DNA of 64,000 nucleotides, taken from assembly GCA_050013395.1 (NCBI GenBank), contig JBEKFI010000001.1:1004-65003 (forward strand), written 5' to 3'. Positions 29,384 to 40,032 of the stretch are shown piece after piece. Both the position numbers and the translations under genes were made by a program. The notes beneath the pieces were generated by a model. The model ran no database searches and was not told the origin of the DNA. It saw nothing but the letters and a program-made list of their open reading frames with translations. This DNA comes from Verrucomicrobiia bacterium. GTDB lineage: Bacteria; Verrucomicrobiota; Verrucomicrobiia; Palsa-1439. Numbering within the stretch: position 1 is the first letter of the stretch; each line of letters opens with the position of its first letter.

Positions 29384-30409
29384 TCAATAACTGAATTTTC
29401 CGAGTTGCACCTTGCCGCGGAAGACCCTGTAGATGACCGCGGTGTACGCCAACACGAACGGCATGCCGAGCAGCGCGATGGTCGCCATGATCACCAGCGT
29501 CTTCTCCGATGAAGCCGCGTTGTAAATCGTCAGGCTCCAGTCGGGATTCAGCGAGGAATGAATCAGGTCGGGAAACAGCGCGATCCCGAACAGGAACGTC
29601 AGCGCCGCAATCGTGGCGCACGACGACGCGAACGCGTAGCCCGGGCGGCCGAGGTAAATGGCGCGCGGAATGTTGGCAACGGCGACCACGTTGAGCACGA
29701 CCACAAGCCACATCCACGGATGCACGCGAAAGTTACGCGTTGCCAGTCCCGCCGTGGCGGGATCCACCAGCGTGAAGATGGTTGTGAGCAAGTACAGTAC
29801 GAGAAAGAAACCAAATGCTCGCCACATCCAGCCGTGGATCTTCTTCTGCAGTTCGCCCCCCGTTTTCAGATAGAGGTAGATAGAACCATGCATGGCAAAC
29901 AACGCGACTGTAAAACACCCGACCAGTAAAGCGTACGGAGGCAGCAGGTCAACGAAGCGACCGCTGAACTCGCCGTCAGCACCAATGGGCATGCCGTGCA
30001 TGGCGTTGCCGACAGCCACGCCGAATAACAGAGTCGCGACCGTGCTGGCGACGCAGAATGACACATCCCAAAACATCCGCCACGCTGGCGTATCCAGTTT
30101 GCTGCGAAACTCTATCGAGACCGCACGGAAAATCAGCGCGAACAGCAGCACCATGAACGCGGTGTAAAATCCCGAGAACACCGTGGCGTAAGCATTGGGG
30201 AACGCTGCGAACAGGGCACCACCAAATGTCACCAGCCAGACTTCGTTGCCGTCCCAAAGCGGCCCGATGGAGTCCATCAGGATGCGCCGCTCTTCGTCTT
30301 TGCGCACCGAGAGATGCAGAATGCCGACACCGAGGTCAAATCCGTCGAGGATCGCGTAACCGGTCAGCAGGACTCCCAGCAGAACGAACCAAAGGACATG
30401 GAGATCCAT
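29384..30409 (-). CDS. cydB: Cytochrome bd ubiquinol oxidase subunit II
   Basis: MDLHVLWFVLLGVLLTGYAILDGFDLGVG N-terminus, with multiple TM helices. Confidence 0.85.
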   Translation of the reverse strand: MDLHVLWFVLLGVLLTGYAILDGFDLGVGILHLSVRKDEERRILMDSIGPLWDGNEVWLVTFGGALFAAFPNAYATVFSGFYTAFMVLLFALIFRAVSIEFRSKLDTPAWRMFWDVSFCVASTVATLLFGVAVGNAMHGMPIGADGEFSGRFVDLLPPYALLVGCFTVALFAMHGSIYLYLKTGGELQKKIHGWMWRAFGFFLVLYLLTTIFTLVDPATAGLATRNFRVHPWMWLVVVLNVVAVANIPRAIYLGRPGYAFASSCATIAALTFLFGIALFPDLIHSSLNPDWSLTIYNAASSEKTLVIMATIALLGMPFVLAYTAVIYRVFRGKVQLGKFSY

Positions 30410-30411
30410 CT

Positions 30412-30921
30412 TCAACTTCCTTTCGTGTTCACGTTGGAACCTGATTGTCCCCTCTCCCTTGCGACGCAAGGGAGAGGGTCAGGGTGAGGGTTCCCCGCCG
30501 TCCGTGATTCCAATTCGATCAAGGTCGCGGCCAGCACGCCTTCTTCGTTGTCGTTAAGCTGAAAATTCCAGAAACGTAGCACACGCACCCCCCTGCTTCT
30601 CACGTACGCGTCCATGTTGGTGTCCGCTTCCTTGCGCTGCGGCGCGCCGTGTACATCGCCGTCCAGTTCCACAGCAAACTTCGCCGCGGCGCAGTAGAAA
30701 ACCCGAGACGTAAGGACCGAGCGGATGCTGGCGCCGAAACTTGAAAGCTGCAAACCGCCGATTTCGTAGGAGCCGCCAAAGCCATTGTTCGGCCAAGGTG
30801 GCGTTTCGCCGTAGAGAACGGGCACGAATCGTCGAGGAATTCGGGACATCCCCCTCACCTTGATCCCGCTCTGAGCGGGATTGATCCTCTCCCCCGTGCA
30901 TCGGGGGAGAGGAGACACCAA
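30412..30921 (-). pseudogene. Frameshifted DUF559 endonuclease-domain gene flanked by NPHP/GERIKVRG hairpin repeats, inserted between cydA and cydB
   Basis: The C-terminal half AAAKFAVELDGDVHG...VRVLRFWNFQLNDNEEGVLAATLIEL matches the 59109-59729 paralogue. The N-terminal motif WLWRLLRNRRFAAFKFRRQHPLGPYV is in another frame. Repeats at 30449-30493 and 30850-30915. Confidence 0.65.
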
Positions 30922-30960
30922 GTGCGCGCGCAGGGTGATGGAATGCCTCTAAGTTCTTCT

Positions 30961-32388
30961 TCATTTCTTGTCCTCGGTCAGCGAGGCGCCGCCCGTACCG
31001 GCGCGCAGGCCGGCGACTCCGAGCAACGCGCTCGGTGACGTTGCGGCGGGAATAGCCTCGACCGGCTCCGGGCCGTGCTTGATCCTGCCATCCAAGACAT
31101 ACACCCAAACAGCAAACAGCATGACGTAGATCAGGAGGAAGACGATGATCGAACCGACGACCTGATCCGCGACAATCGCTTTCGACACCGCGTCGCTCGT
31201 GCGCAGCATGCCGTACACGACCCACGGCTGCCGCCCGACCTCCGCCGTCACCCAACCGAGTTGATTGGCGATGTACGGCAGAGGCACGGCGAATACAAAC
31301 ACCCACATCAACCAGCGCTTGGCGAACAACGTTCCGCGCCAACGCAGGCAGGTTGCGAAGAGCGTGATGACGATGAAAAAGATTCCCAGCCACACCATGC
31401 TGTGAAACGAGTGGAACGTCACCGTCACGGGCGGCCAATCTGTGCGCGGGATTTTGTCCAGACCATTGACAGGCTCGCGGAAGTTGCCGTGCACCAGGAA
31501 GCTCAACAGACCTGGAATTGCCAAACCGTGTTCGACTCTTCGCTCGTTCTCGCCGGGCAGCCCGAAAACATACAGTGGCGACGGCCCTGTTCCCGTTTCG
31601 AAGCGCGCCTCCATCGCCGCCAATTTGGCTGGCTGCGTGACCGCAACCTTCTTCGCCTGCAAGTCGCCTTGGACAAGCGCCGCCAGCGACATCACGGTGG
31701 CCAAGGTCAACGCGGAATGGAAACTCTTCTTCGCGAACTCGACGTGTCGTTCCCTCAGAAGGTAATACGCCGAAACACTCATCACGAAGAACGCGCCGAG
31801 GATGTACGCGCCGATCCACACGTGCAGCAGCCGGGGCACACTCGACGGATTGAACACCATCGGCCAGAAGTCGGTGATCTCGGCTCGTGCGCTCGCGCCC
31901 GAGCCGACGATGTGAAAGCCCGCAGGCGTCTGCTGCCACGAGTTGGCCACCACGATCCAGACGGACGAAAAGAGCGCACCGAGCGCCACCATGCAGGTCG
32001 AGAAGAAATGCATTTGTTTTGAGACCTTGTCCCAACCGAATACGAGCACGGCCAGGAAGCCCGATTCGAGGAAGAACGCGAAGATGCCTTCCGCCGCCAA
32101 GGCCGAGCCGAAGATATCGCCCACGTACCGCGAGTAGGTCGCCCAGTTCGTTCCGAACTGAAATTCCATGACGATGCCTGTGGCGACGCCGACGGCGAAG
32201 TTGATGGCGAAAATCTTGGTCCAGAATCTTGCCGCCTCCTCGTACTGGCGATCACCGCTTCTGAGATATTTCCACTCCAACGAAACGAGCAGGCCGCCGA
32301 TGCCGATCGTCAGCGGCGGGAACAGGTAGTGGAACATGATTGTCAGCGCAAACTGGATGCGTGATAAAGTGACAACGTCGAATTGCAT
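30961..32388 (-). CDS. cydA: Cytochrome bd ubiquinol oxidase subunit I
   Basis: [29 protein letters not shown]; Q-loop region. Confidence 0.9.
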   Translation of the reverse strand: MQFDVVTLSRIQFALTIMFHYLFPPLTIGIGGLLVSLEWKYLRSGDRQYEEAARFWTKIFAINFAVGVATGIVMEFQFGTNWATYSRYVGDIFGSALAAEGIFAFFLESGFLAVLVFGWDKVSKQMHFFSTCMVALGALFSSVWIVVANSWQQTPAGFHIVGSGASARAEITDFWPMVFNPSSVPRLLHVWIGAYILGAFFVMSVSAYYLLRERHVEFAKKSFHSALTLATVMSLAALVQGDLQAKKVAVTQPAKLAAMEARFETGTGPSPLYVFGLPGENERRVEHGLAIPGLLSFLVHGNFREPVNGLDKIPRTDWPPVTVTFHSFHSMVWLGIFFIVITLFATCLRWRGTLFAKRWLMWVFVFAVPLPYIANQLGWVTAEVGRQPWVVYGMLRTSDAVSKAIVADQVVGSIIVFLLIYVMLFAVWVYVLDGRIKHGPEPVEAIPAATSPSALLGVAGLRAGTGGASLTEDKK

Positions 32389-32455
32389 TGCTCAATCCCT
32401 TCGTTGCTGTGGCGGCGATACTTCGCGCCGCACGCGCCGCCTACGCCAAACTTCT

Positions 32456-32644
32456 TCAGGATGTCTCTCCCATCAGACACCAGCGGGTGATGCCCGCTTG
32501 CAGCAGATTGGCGCCGACAAAGGCGGTGAACCAAAGCCAGCCCCGCTCCGAGCGGGGCCAGTAGGGGCTCACAAAGTGCGCCAGCAAAAGGCTGATGAGG
32601 ACAAAAGACCCGGCGATGATGCGGATGTAACGTTCAAGTGTCAT
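32456..32644 (-). CDS. DUF2892 small membrane protein, C-terminally truncated paralogue
   Basis: Homology to 25055-25288 ends right after ...GITRWCLM. Confidence 0.5.
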   Translation of the reverse strand: MTLERYIRIIAGSFVLISLLLAHFVSPYWPRSERGWLWFTAFVGANLLQAGITRWCLMGETS

Positions 32645-32659
32645 GGCCTCTCCTCCCAA

Positions 32660-32770
32660 CTTGTTTTCAGTGGAACGGACTCGCGATCATCCCGCCGATG
32701 ACCATGCCGTACAATGTGCTCGTCCAAGGATTACTTGTCAATGGACACGCGCCCGTCGGGCGGACAATTC
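32660..32770 (-). pseudogene. Degenerate copy of the 55-aa CxxxxCP mini-protein (no ATG)
   Basis: Translation ...TGACPLTSNPWTSTLYGMVIGGMIASPFH, preceded by a stop and no ATG. Confidence 0.3.
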
Positions 32771-32774
32771 GCCT

Positions 32775-34508
32775 TCAGCGGAAGTAGGCCTTCAGGACGT
32801 ACTGCAGCACCATGCGCTGGGTGTTGAAGAATGAGCCGTTCAGTGCGATGGCGTGGCGCATGACGTCGATGAAACGAGCGCGGTCGCGGTAGAACAACGG
32901 GATGACGATCTGCTCCAACTTGTCGTACAGCGACGCCGCATCGTGCGGGGTGCGATCACCTTCGGCCGGCGCAGTGCTGTCGATCGCCCAGCCGGTCGTG
33001 CCTTCGATGCATCCTTCAATCCACCAGCCGTCGAGGATGCTGAGGCTCGGCACACCGTTGACGGCGGCTTTCATGCCGCTTGTGCCCGATGCCTCCAGCG
33101 GCGGCTGCGGCGTGTTGAGCCACACGTCCACGCCGGCGGTCATCAATTGTCCGAGTTCCCAATCGTAGTTGGCGAGATAGGCGACCTTGACGCGACCCTT
33201 GAGCGCTTCGCTCGCCTGGAAAATCCGTTTGATGAGTTCCTTCCCGCCCTGATCCTGTGGATGCGCTTTGCCGGCGTAGATCACTTGGAGCTTGCCGGTT
33301 TTGGCAGCGATGTTTTTCAACCGTTCCATGTCATGGAACAGCAGGTCGGCGCGTTTGTATGCCGCCGCGCGTCGGGCGAAGCCGAGCGTCAGATCGTGGA
33401 GATCCATGCCCGCATTGGTTTCGCGGTTCACCCAATCAATGAGTTGGCGCTTGGCCTCCATGTGTGCGTTCCAGATTTCCTGCGGCGCGATGCTCAACGC
33501 ATACCGTAAACTGAAACTGTCGCTTCTCCAGCCGGGGATGTGCTGGTCGAACAACGTCTGGAGCGCGGGCGCCATCCACGTTGCCACATGGACGCCGTTG
33601 GTGATAGCGTCGATGCGGTACTGGGCGAACATGTGCTGCGAGACCTCGGCATGCTTCTTCGCCACGCCGTTGACGTAGTGGCTGAGGTTCAGCGCGAGGT
33701 ACGTCATGTTCAACTCACCGTCACAGCAGAACACGTCTTTCATCGCCGCCATCTCGTCGCGGCCGAGGACGCGCGTCACCATGTCCAACGGAAACCTGTC
33801 GTGCCCCGCTGGCACCGGCGTGTGGGTGGTAAACACGCATTTGCGGCGCACTTCCTCCACGTCGTCGCGGTTGAAGACCTTGTGCCCCACCTTCTGCGCC
33901 TGTTCATCGAGCAGGGCGACCGTCAACAGGCTCGCGTGACCTTCGTTCATGTGGAAACGGCCGATGTCGCTGTAGCCCAGCGCTCGCAACATCCGCACGC
34001 CACCGATGCCGAGAATGACTTCCTGACACAAACGATAGTACGAATCGCCGCCGTAAAGGTAATGCGTCAGCGTGCGATCCCATTCGGCGTTCTCCGGCAG
34101 GTCAGTGTCGAGCAGATAGACCGGCACGTAGAAATCCTCCGAGCCGGGCACCTTGTGTTTCCAGGCGCGGACCAGCACGCGCCGTCCTTCCAACGTCACC
34201 GCCACGCGTGGCGACATCTCTTGGAGATGATCTTCCACGACCCACTCGACCGGCTGTTCCGTCTGCCAGCCGCTGGCGTCGAGCCGCTGATAGAAATAGC
34301 CTTTGCGGTGCAGCAACGTTACCCCCACCATCGGCACGCGCAGATCAGCAGCGGACCGGATCGTGTCGCCCGCTAACATGCCGAGGCCGCCGCTGTACGT
34401 GGGAATTGAGGGTTCGAGCGCGATCTCCATCGAGAAGTACGCGACCAGCGGCTGCCGATGAATCGGCGGACTGGACGGCGCCTGAGATTCGGTTTGCGCC
34501 GGGTTCAT
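32775..34508 (-). CDS. glgP: Alpha-glucan (glycogen/maltodextrin) phosphorylase
   Basis: GGLGMLAGD...[12 protein letters not shown] motifs; PLP-binding region. Confidence 0.85.
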   Translation of the reverse strand: MNPAQTESQAPSSPPIHRQPLVAYFSMEIALEPSIPTYSGGLGMLAGDTIRSAADLRVPMVGVTLLHRKGYFYQRLDASGWQTEQPVEWVVEDHLQEMSPRVAVTLEGRRVLVRAWKHKVPGSEDFYVPVYLLDTDLPENAEWDRTLTHYLYGGDSYYRLCQEVILGIGGVRMLRALGYSDIGRFHMNEGHASLLTVALLDEQAQKVGHKVFNRDDVEEVRRKCVFTTHTPVPAGHDRFPLDMVTRVLGRDEMAAMKDVFCCDGELNMTYLALNLSHYVNGVAKKHAEVSQHMFAQYRIDAITNGVHVATWMAPALQTLFDQHIPGWRSDSFSLRYALSIAPQEIWNAHMEAKRQLIDWVNRETNAGMDLHDLTLGFARRAAAYKRADLLFHDMERLKNIAAKTGKLQVIYAGKAHPQDQGGKELIKRIFQASEALKGRVKVAYLANYDWELGQLMTAGVDVWLNTPQPPLEASGTSGMKAAVNGVPSLSILDGWWIEGCIEGTTGWAIDSTAPAEGDRTPHDAASLYDKLEQIVIPLFYRDRARFIDVMRHAIALNGSFFNTQRMVLQYVLKAYFR

Positions 34509-34556
34509 AATCTTCTGCGCGCCAGCATAAAGCCGGGGCCAGCGGTGGGCAAGCTT

Positions 34557-35705
34557 TCAGCAATCCACCCGCAACCCGTGCAGCGGAAACACATTCTGAC
34601 GAATCTCCTGCACCGCCTCGCGCACCGCCGGCTCGACGGCGGCGCGTTGTTCGGCGCTCACAGGCAACTCGCGGTCGCGCAGTCCACCGAGCCATTCCGC
34701 GCTCTGCAACATCACGCCGCCCATGCCGAGGCTCAAATCGTGTTCGTCTTCTTCGCCGCAGAACGTTTGCCACACCAGCGCCCAGCCGCGCACGGTGTTC
34801 TCGACATTGTAACCGCCGCCACCCGTGGCAATGATCGGTTTGTTGAAACTCAGAAGACGGTTGATGATTTCGGGATAGACGTTGTTGGTCAGGGCGAGAT
34901 GCGTCAGCGGATCGCCGGCCAACGTGTCCATGCCCAACTCCACCATGATGACGTGCGGATCGTACGCTCGCACCAGCGGCAGCACGATCTTCCGAAACAC
35001 CATCAGGTAGGCGTCGTCGTAAATGCCCGGCGGCAGCGGGACATTGACCGTGAACCCGCAGCCCGTTCCCTCGCCGATTTCGTTTTCAAAACCGGTACCG
35101 GGAAACAGCGTGTGGCCGCTCTCGTGTAGGGAAATGACCAGCACATCTCGGCGGTCATAGAACGCGGCCTGCACGCCGTCGCCGTGATGTGCGTCGAGGT
35201 CGAGCGCCAGCACTCGTGGCCAACGCTCGGCTAGTTTCAGGCAGGCGAGCACGACGTCGTTGAGGTAGCAGAAGCCGGAAGCTTTCTCGGCCATCGCGTG
35301 GTGAAAGCCGCCCGACGGATTGAACGCAACACTCGCGCTGCCGTTCATGATCAGTTCTGCGGCAGTCAACGTCGCGCCGCAAGCCCAGCGACCGTATTCA
35401 TACAAGTCGCGAAACACCGGCGTGTCCGGTCCGCCCAGCCCCATGTGCAGCCCCGCGACCGTCAACTCACCCGCCGCCGCGCGCTGCAGCTCATCGAGGT
35501 AACAAGGCGTGTGAAACTTCTCCAACTCGGCGCGGGAGGCCGGTTTAGGCACAACTTCGCATCGGCCTTCGCCGTCGAGCAAACCGAGCGCGGTCAACCG
35601 TTCGCGAAGACGACCGGCGCGTTCGGGCCGAAACGGGCAGTCGGGCGGATAAGTGAACGCCTCGATGTCCGGCGAATGGATGAACGCCAGTCTGCGATTG
35701 TTCAT
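34557..35705 (-). CDS. Histone-deacetylase-family (AcuC/HDAC-like) protein deacetylase
   Basis: GGFHHA...YLNDVVLA...LDLDAHHGDG motifs. Confidence 0.85.
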   Translation of the reverse strand: MNNRRLAFIHSPDIEAFTYPPDCPFRPERAGRLRERLTALGLLDGEGRCEVVPKPASRAELEKFHTPCYLDELQRAAAGELTVAGLHMGLGGPDTPVFRDLYEYGRWACGATLTAAELIMNGSASVAFNPSGGFHHAMAEKASGFCYLNDVVLACLKLAERWPRVLALDLDAHHGDGVQAAFYDRRDVLVISLHESGHTLFPGTGFENEIGEGTGCGFTVNVPLPPGIYDDAYLMVFRKIVLPLVRAYDPHVIMVELGMDTLAGDPLTHLALTNNVYPEIINRLLSFNKPIIATGGGGYNVENTVRGWALVWQTFCGEEDEHDLSLGMGGVMLQSAEWLGGLRDRELPVSAEQRAAVEPAVREAVQEIRQNVFPLHGLRVDC

Positions 35706-35767
35706 TTTTTACAGGTCCCTCGCTGCTGTTGCGGGGCCGGGTTGGAATCGGCTCCCACCGCGCGCCA

Positions 35768-35852
35768 CGAACCCTCACCCTGACCCTCTCCCTTGCACTG
35801 CAAGGGAGAGGGGATTCACTCCTCCGAAAAACAGCTTTCGGAGGAGGATCAA
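35768..35852. repeat. Composite hairpin repeat (NPHPDPLP / CCCTCTCCCTTGCACTGCAAGGGAGAGGG / CGAAAAACAGCTTTCGG)
   Basis: Same modules as at 30449, 51483, 54085 and 59512. Confidence 0.7.
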
Positions 35853-35921
35853 GAGCCTGTCCTGAGCTTGTCGAAGGATGAGGGGCCGCATCAACAAATC
35901 TTCGTTCACGAATGGCTCAGG

Positions 35922-37817
35922 TTACGCGAAATCCATGTCGTAGTGATACACGTCGCCGCTGAGCGCGCTACGGACCTTGCAATTGCTCTTGCTGATGACC
36001 GCCTGCATGGCCCGGTTGTCGCGCAGAACCTCGGCGGTGAACCCGCTGATGCCGTTGCGTCGCGCGATCCGCGCGAGATAATTGAGCAGGAACGTGCCGA
36101 TACCGCGCTTCTGCCATTTGTCGTCCACGACGAAGGCGACTTCCGCGCGGTTGGTTTTCGGGTCGAGATAATAACTGCCCATGGCGATGATGTCTTCGCC
36201 GTGCGCGGCGGGCAACGTGCCGACGATCGCCACTTCATTGCGGTGGTCGATATAGACGAAGTCTTCGATCTGCCGCCGGGGAACGCGCGTCATGTTGCTC
36301 ATGAAGCGGTAGTAAATGGTCTGCTGCGACAGGTTGTAGAACAGGTCCCGCATCAGCGGCTCGTCGGTCGGATGGATCGGGCGGAAGTTGATTTGCGTGC
36401 CGTCGTTCAACAGATAGCTGGTGCGCAGTTCCTTGGGGCCGATGATGATCTTGCCTTCCTTGGCGGCCATCTCGGCGGAGAGGTACTTGGTCTCGATGGC
36501 TTCGCGCAGCAGTTGGGCGCGGAACTTCGGATGGGCGATACTGATCAACGCCATGGCCCGCTCCTTGACGCTCTTGCCATGGAGGTACGCCACGCCGTAC
36601 TCGGTGGCCACGTAATGCACGCCCGCCCGTGTCGTCACGACGCCGGCACCGGGGCTGAGGCGTGTCACGATGCGCGAGACGGTGCCACCGCGCGCGGTGG
36701 AGGGCAACGCGATGATGGCTTTGCCGCCGTGCGCCTTCGCAGCGCCACGGTTGAAGTCCACCTGGCCGCCAACGCCGGAGAAAAACTTCGTGCCGAGCGA
36801 GTCGGCGCAGACCTGGCCGGTGAGATCGATCTCCAAGGCAGTGTTGATCGCCACCATCTTGTGCTGTTGGCTGATGATCGACGGATCGTTGACGTACTCG
36901 GTCGGCCGAAATGAAAACACAGGGTTGTTGTCGATGTAGTCGTAGAGTTTGCGCGTCCCGAGGCAGAAGCTTGCCACGACCTTGCCCCGGTCCAGCGTCT
37001 TGCGGGCGCCGGTGATGACGCCGGCCTTAACCAGGTCCACGATACCGTCGGTGAGCATCTCGGTGTGAATGCCGAGGTCTTTTTTGCACTTCAGAAACTG
37101 CAACAACGAATGCGGGATGCGTCCGATTCCAAGCTCGATCGTGGAACCGTCCTCGATCAGCGCCGCCACGAATTCGGCGATCCGTTCCGCCTCCTCAGTG
37201 TCCTCCACGTAGGGAACCTCGAGGATCGGTTCCTCCGACGGCACCAGCGCGTCCAGGTCGTAGACGTGGATGAACGTGTCGCCCAGCGTGCGCGGCATGT
37301 TGGGGTTGACCTCGGCGATGACGAGCGAGGCGTTTTCCGCTGCGCTCTTGACGATGTCCACCGACACGCCGAGGCTGCACATTCCATCTTCGTCCGGCGG
37401 CGACACTTGGATCAACGCGGCGTCGAGCGGCAACTGCCCGGAGTTGAACAGCCGCGGAATGTCCGACAGGTGAATCGGCGTGTAGTCGCCCAACCCTTCC
37501 TGGATGATGTTCCGCACGTTCTCCGCGATGAAGAAACTGTTCACGCGAAAGTACTGGCTCATCTCCTTGTGCGCGTACGGCGCTTCGCCGAAGGTCAGCA
37601 GGTGCAAAATCTCGGTGTCGGGCAGCTCGGTGGCGCGGTTGGTCAGCGCGCGCACCAGTTCCAGCGGCTCGGCGCAGCCCGTCCCGATGAACACGCGATG
37701 GCCGGGCCGCAGCTTCGCGACCGCTTCCGCCGCCGTCGCGATGGACACCTTGTATTTCTCTTTCCAGTTCGGGTCGTAGCTGGGTCGCTTCTCAGTCATG
37801 GTGATGTCCGTCCACAT
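35922..37817 (-). CDS. Acetyl-CoA hydrolase/transferase-family protein fused to a C-terminal GNAT acetyltransferase domain
   Basis: N-terminal CoA-transferase fold, then a C-terminal GNAT core (VAFVVDDKWQKRGIGTFLL). Confidence 0.75.
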   Translation of the reverse strand: MWTDITMTEKRPSYDPNWKEKYKVSIATAAEAVAKLRPGHRVFIGTGCAEPLELVRALTNRATELPDTEILHLLTFGEAPYAHKEMSQYFRVNSFFIAENVRNIIQEGLGDYTPIHLSDIPRLFNSGQLPLDAALIQVSPPDEDGMCSLGVSVDIVKSAAENASLVIAEVNPNMPRTLGDTFIHVYDLDALVPSEEPILEVPYVEDTEEAERIAEFVAALIEDGSTIELGIGRIPHSLLQFLKCKKDLGIHTEMLTDGIVDLVKAGVITGARKTLDRGKVVASFCLGTRKLYDYIDNNPVFSFRPTEYVNDPSIISQQHKMVAINTALEIDLTGQVCADSLGTKFFSGVGGQVDFNRGAAKAHGGKAIIALPSTARGGTVSRIVTRLSPGAGVVTTRAGVHYVATEYGVAYLHGKSVKERAMALISIAHPKFRAQLLREAIETKYLSAEMAAKEGKIIIGPKELRTSYLLNDGTQINFRPIHPTDEPLMRDLFYNLSQQTIYYRFMSNMTRVPRRQIEDFVYIDHRNEVAIVGTLPAAHGEDIIAMGSYYLDPKTNRAEVAFVVDDKWQKRGIGTFLLNYLARIARRNGISGFTAEVLRDNRAMQAVISKSNCKVRSALSGDVYHYDMDFA

Positions 37818-39903
37818 TGGCCAAGGTCATGCGCGCGTCGGCCAGGTAAGCCCCGGTGCCCACCTCGCCGACAATGAAGGGATTGATGTCCAGCTCCGTA
37901 ATCTGCGGATAGTCGGTTGCCAGTTGGCTGATGCGTTGCAGCCCGCTGGCCACCGCCTCCAAGTCCACCGCTGCCTGACCGCGCGCGCCTTTGAGCAGCG
38001 CGTAGGAGCGCGTGCCCTTCAACATCTGCATCGCCTCCTCGGCGGTGATCGGCGCCAGGTAAAACGTCACGTCCTTCATCACCTCGACGAAGATGCCGCC
38101 CAAGCCGAACATCAGCATCGGCCCGAACTGCGGATCGCGGGTCATGCCGAGAATAACTTCGCGGCCCTGCGACCCCATCTTCTCGACGTACGCGCCGCGG
38201 ATGTGGGCGTCGGGAGCGAGGCGTCGGATGCGCAGCATCATCAGGTCGAACGCGTCGCGCACCTGCTCGGCGTTGGCGAGACTGATCCGCACACCGCCGA
38301 CGTCGGACTTGTGGATGATGTGCGGCGACACGATCTTCATCACCACCGGATAGCCGATCCGGTCGGCGGCGTCCACTGCCTCGTTGGCATTGCGGGCCAG
38401 ATGGCCGGGCAACACGTTGAAATCGTAAGCTCGCAGGATTTCCTTCGCCTCCACTTCGCCGACCTGACGGATGCCCATCTTCACGTGCCAGTTGATCACC
38501 CGGTCCACGCGGTGGCGGTTGACGGGGAAACGCGTGACCACCCGCGGCGGCCGGCGCCGCCACGCCGCGTAATCCTGCATCGCCTGCAGCGCGCCGACCG
38601 CTCGTTCGGCGGACGGATAGCTCGGGATGTTCAGCGCCATCAGCCGCTCCCGCGCCGGAATCACTTCGCTGCCGCCGAGAAACGCGGCCAGCAGCGGCTT
38701 TTGGCCGCGGTGCGCCTTCGCCAGTTTCTCCGCCAGCTCCAGCGGCCGCGTCATGTTCTGCGGCGTCACCACCACGATGATGCTGTCAATCGTGTCGTCC
38801 TCCTGCACGATCTCGAACGCCTTGACGTAGCGGTCGGGATCGGCGTCGCCGATGACATCGATCGGATTGCCGACCGCCGCTGCTGCCGGCAGACATTCGC
38901 GGAGTTTTTTGCGCGTCGGCTCGGCCGGTGTGACCATTTTCAGCCCGGCGGTCTCCGCCGCGTCGGCGGCCATGATGCCCGGGCCGCCGGCGTTGGTGAT
39001 CACCGCCACGCGGTTGCCGCGCGGCAACGGTTGCATCGCCAGCGCGATTGCGTAATCGAACAGCGCCTCGAAGTTCTCGGCACGGATCACGCCCGACCGT
39101 TTGAAGGCGGCACCGTAAGCCATGTCGGCCCCGGCGAGGCTACCGGTGTGCGACGAAGCCGCCTTCGCGCCCGCCTGCGTGACGCCGACCTTCAGGACTA
39201 CGACCGGTTTGCGCGACGCGGCTTGTTCGGCGACCTGCAGAAACTTGTTCCCTTCGGTGATGTTCTCCAGGTAACCGACGATGACACGCGTGTCGTCATC
39301 CTCGGCCAGCGCCTGCAGGAAATCCACCTCATTGAGGTCGGCCTTGTTGCCGAAGCTGATGACTTTGCCGAGGCCCATCTTCAAATTCATCGCCAGGTCC
39401 AGGATCGCCACGCACAGCGCCCCCGACTGCGAGATCACCGAAATCCGGCCGCTGGGCGGCATCATCGGCGCGAACGTGGCGTTCATCTTGTGGCTCGTGT
39501 TGATGATGCCGATGCAGTTCGGCCCCATCAACCGCACGCTGTTCGCCTGGCACAGTTCCGCGATCTCCCGCTCCAGCGCCGCGCCTTCCGGGCCGACCTC
39601 CTTGAAGCCGGCTGTGATGACGACCACCGCCTTCGCCTTGGCGTCAATGGCGCTCTGGATCGCGTCCTTCACCGCCTTCAGCGGCACGACGACGATGCCG
39701 AGATCAACGCGGCCGGGAAAATCCTTCAAATCGTGGTAGCACTTGCGGCCGAGAACCTGGTCGGCATTGGGATTGACCGGCACGATCGTGCCTTGGTAGC
39801 CGCCGTTGATCAGATTGGCAACCACCTCGTGACCGACTTTGCCCGGCGTTCGCGACGCCCCCAGCACCGCGATGGTCTGAGGACTCAAGAGTGATTCAAG
39901 CAT
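37792..39903 (-). CDS. ADP-forming acetyl-CoA synthetase (fused alpha/beta; NDP-forming acyl-CoA synthetase)
   Basis: CoA-binding domain IAVLGAS, succinyl-CoA-synthetase-like and ATP-grasp regions; 703 aa. Confidence 0.8.
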   Translation of the reverse strand: MLESLLSPQTIAVLGASRTPGKVGHEVVANLINGGYQGTIVPVNPNADQVLGRKCYHDLKDFPGRVDLGIVVVPLKAVKDAIQSAIDAKAKAVVVITAGFKEVGPEGAALEREIAELCQANSVRLMGPNCIGIINTSHKMNATFAPMMPPSGRISVISQSGALCVAILDLAMNLKMGLGKVISFGNKADLNEVDFLQALAEDDDTRVIVGYLENITEGNKFLQVAEQAASRKPVVVLKVGVTQAGAKAASSHTGSLAGADMAYGAAFKRSGVIRAENFEALFDYAIALAMQPLPRGNRVAVITNAGGPGIMAADAAETAGLKMVTPAEPTRKKLRECLPAAAAVGNPIDVIGDADPDRYVKAFEIVQEDDTIDSIIVVVTPQNMTRPLELAEKLAKAHRGQKPLLAAFLGGSEVIPARERLMALNIPSYPSAERAVGALQAMQDYAAWRRRPPRVVTRFPVNRHRVDRVINWHVKMGIRQVGEVEAKEILRAYDFNVLPGHLARNANEAVDAADRIGYPVVMKIVSPHIIHKSDVGGVRISLANAEQVRDAFDLMMLRIRRLAPDAHIRGAYVEKMGSQGREVILGMTRDPQFGPMLMFGLGGIFVEVMKDVTFYLAPITAEEAMQMLKGTRSYALLKGARGQAAVDLEAVASGLQRISQLATDYPQITELDINPFIVGEVGTGAYLADARMTLANVDGHHHD

Positions 39904-40032
39904 GGTGTTCGTTCTCCAACATACGGGGAAATGCTATTTAGTGAGAAAAGTCACTTGCTGTCAAGGCGCGCCCGACACTGAACAAAATGTTGGATGCTGA
40001 GTCAGACTCGAATGCTCCTTCTGGCGAGGGCA

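Noticed and set aside
30554-32035. 493-aa minus-strand ORF spanning cydA
   Set aside because: It is an alternative frame of cydA. Only its last ~40 codons are meaningful, as the displaced N-terminal frame of the DUF559 pseudogene.
37798-39894. 698-aa plus-strand ORF and the 37796-38563 minus-strand ORF
   Set aside because: One is an antisense frame and the other an alternative frame of the ADP-forming acetyl-CoA synthetase gene.
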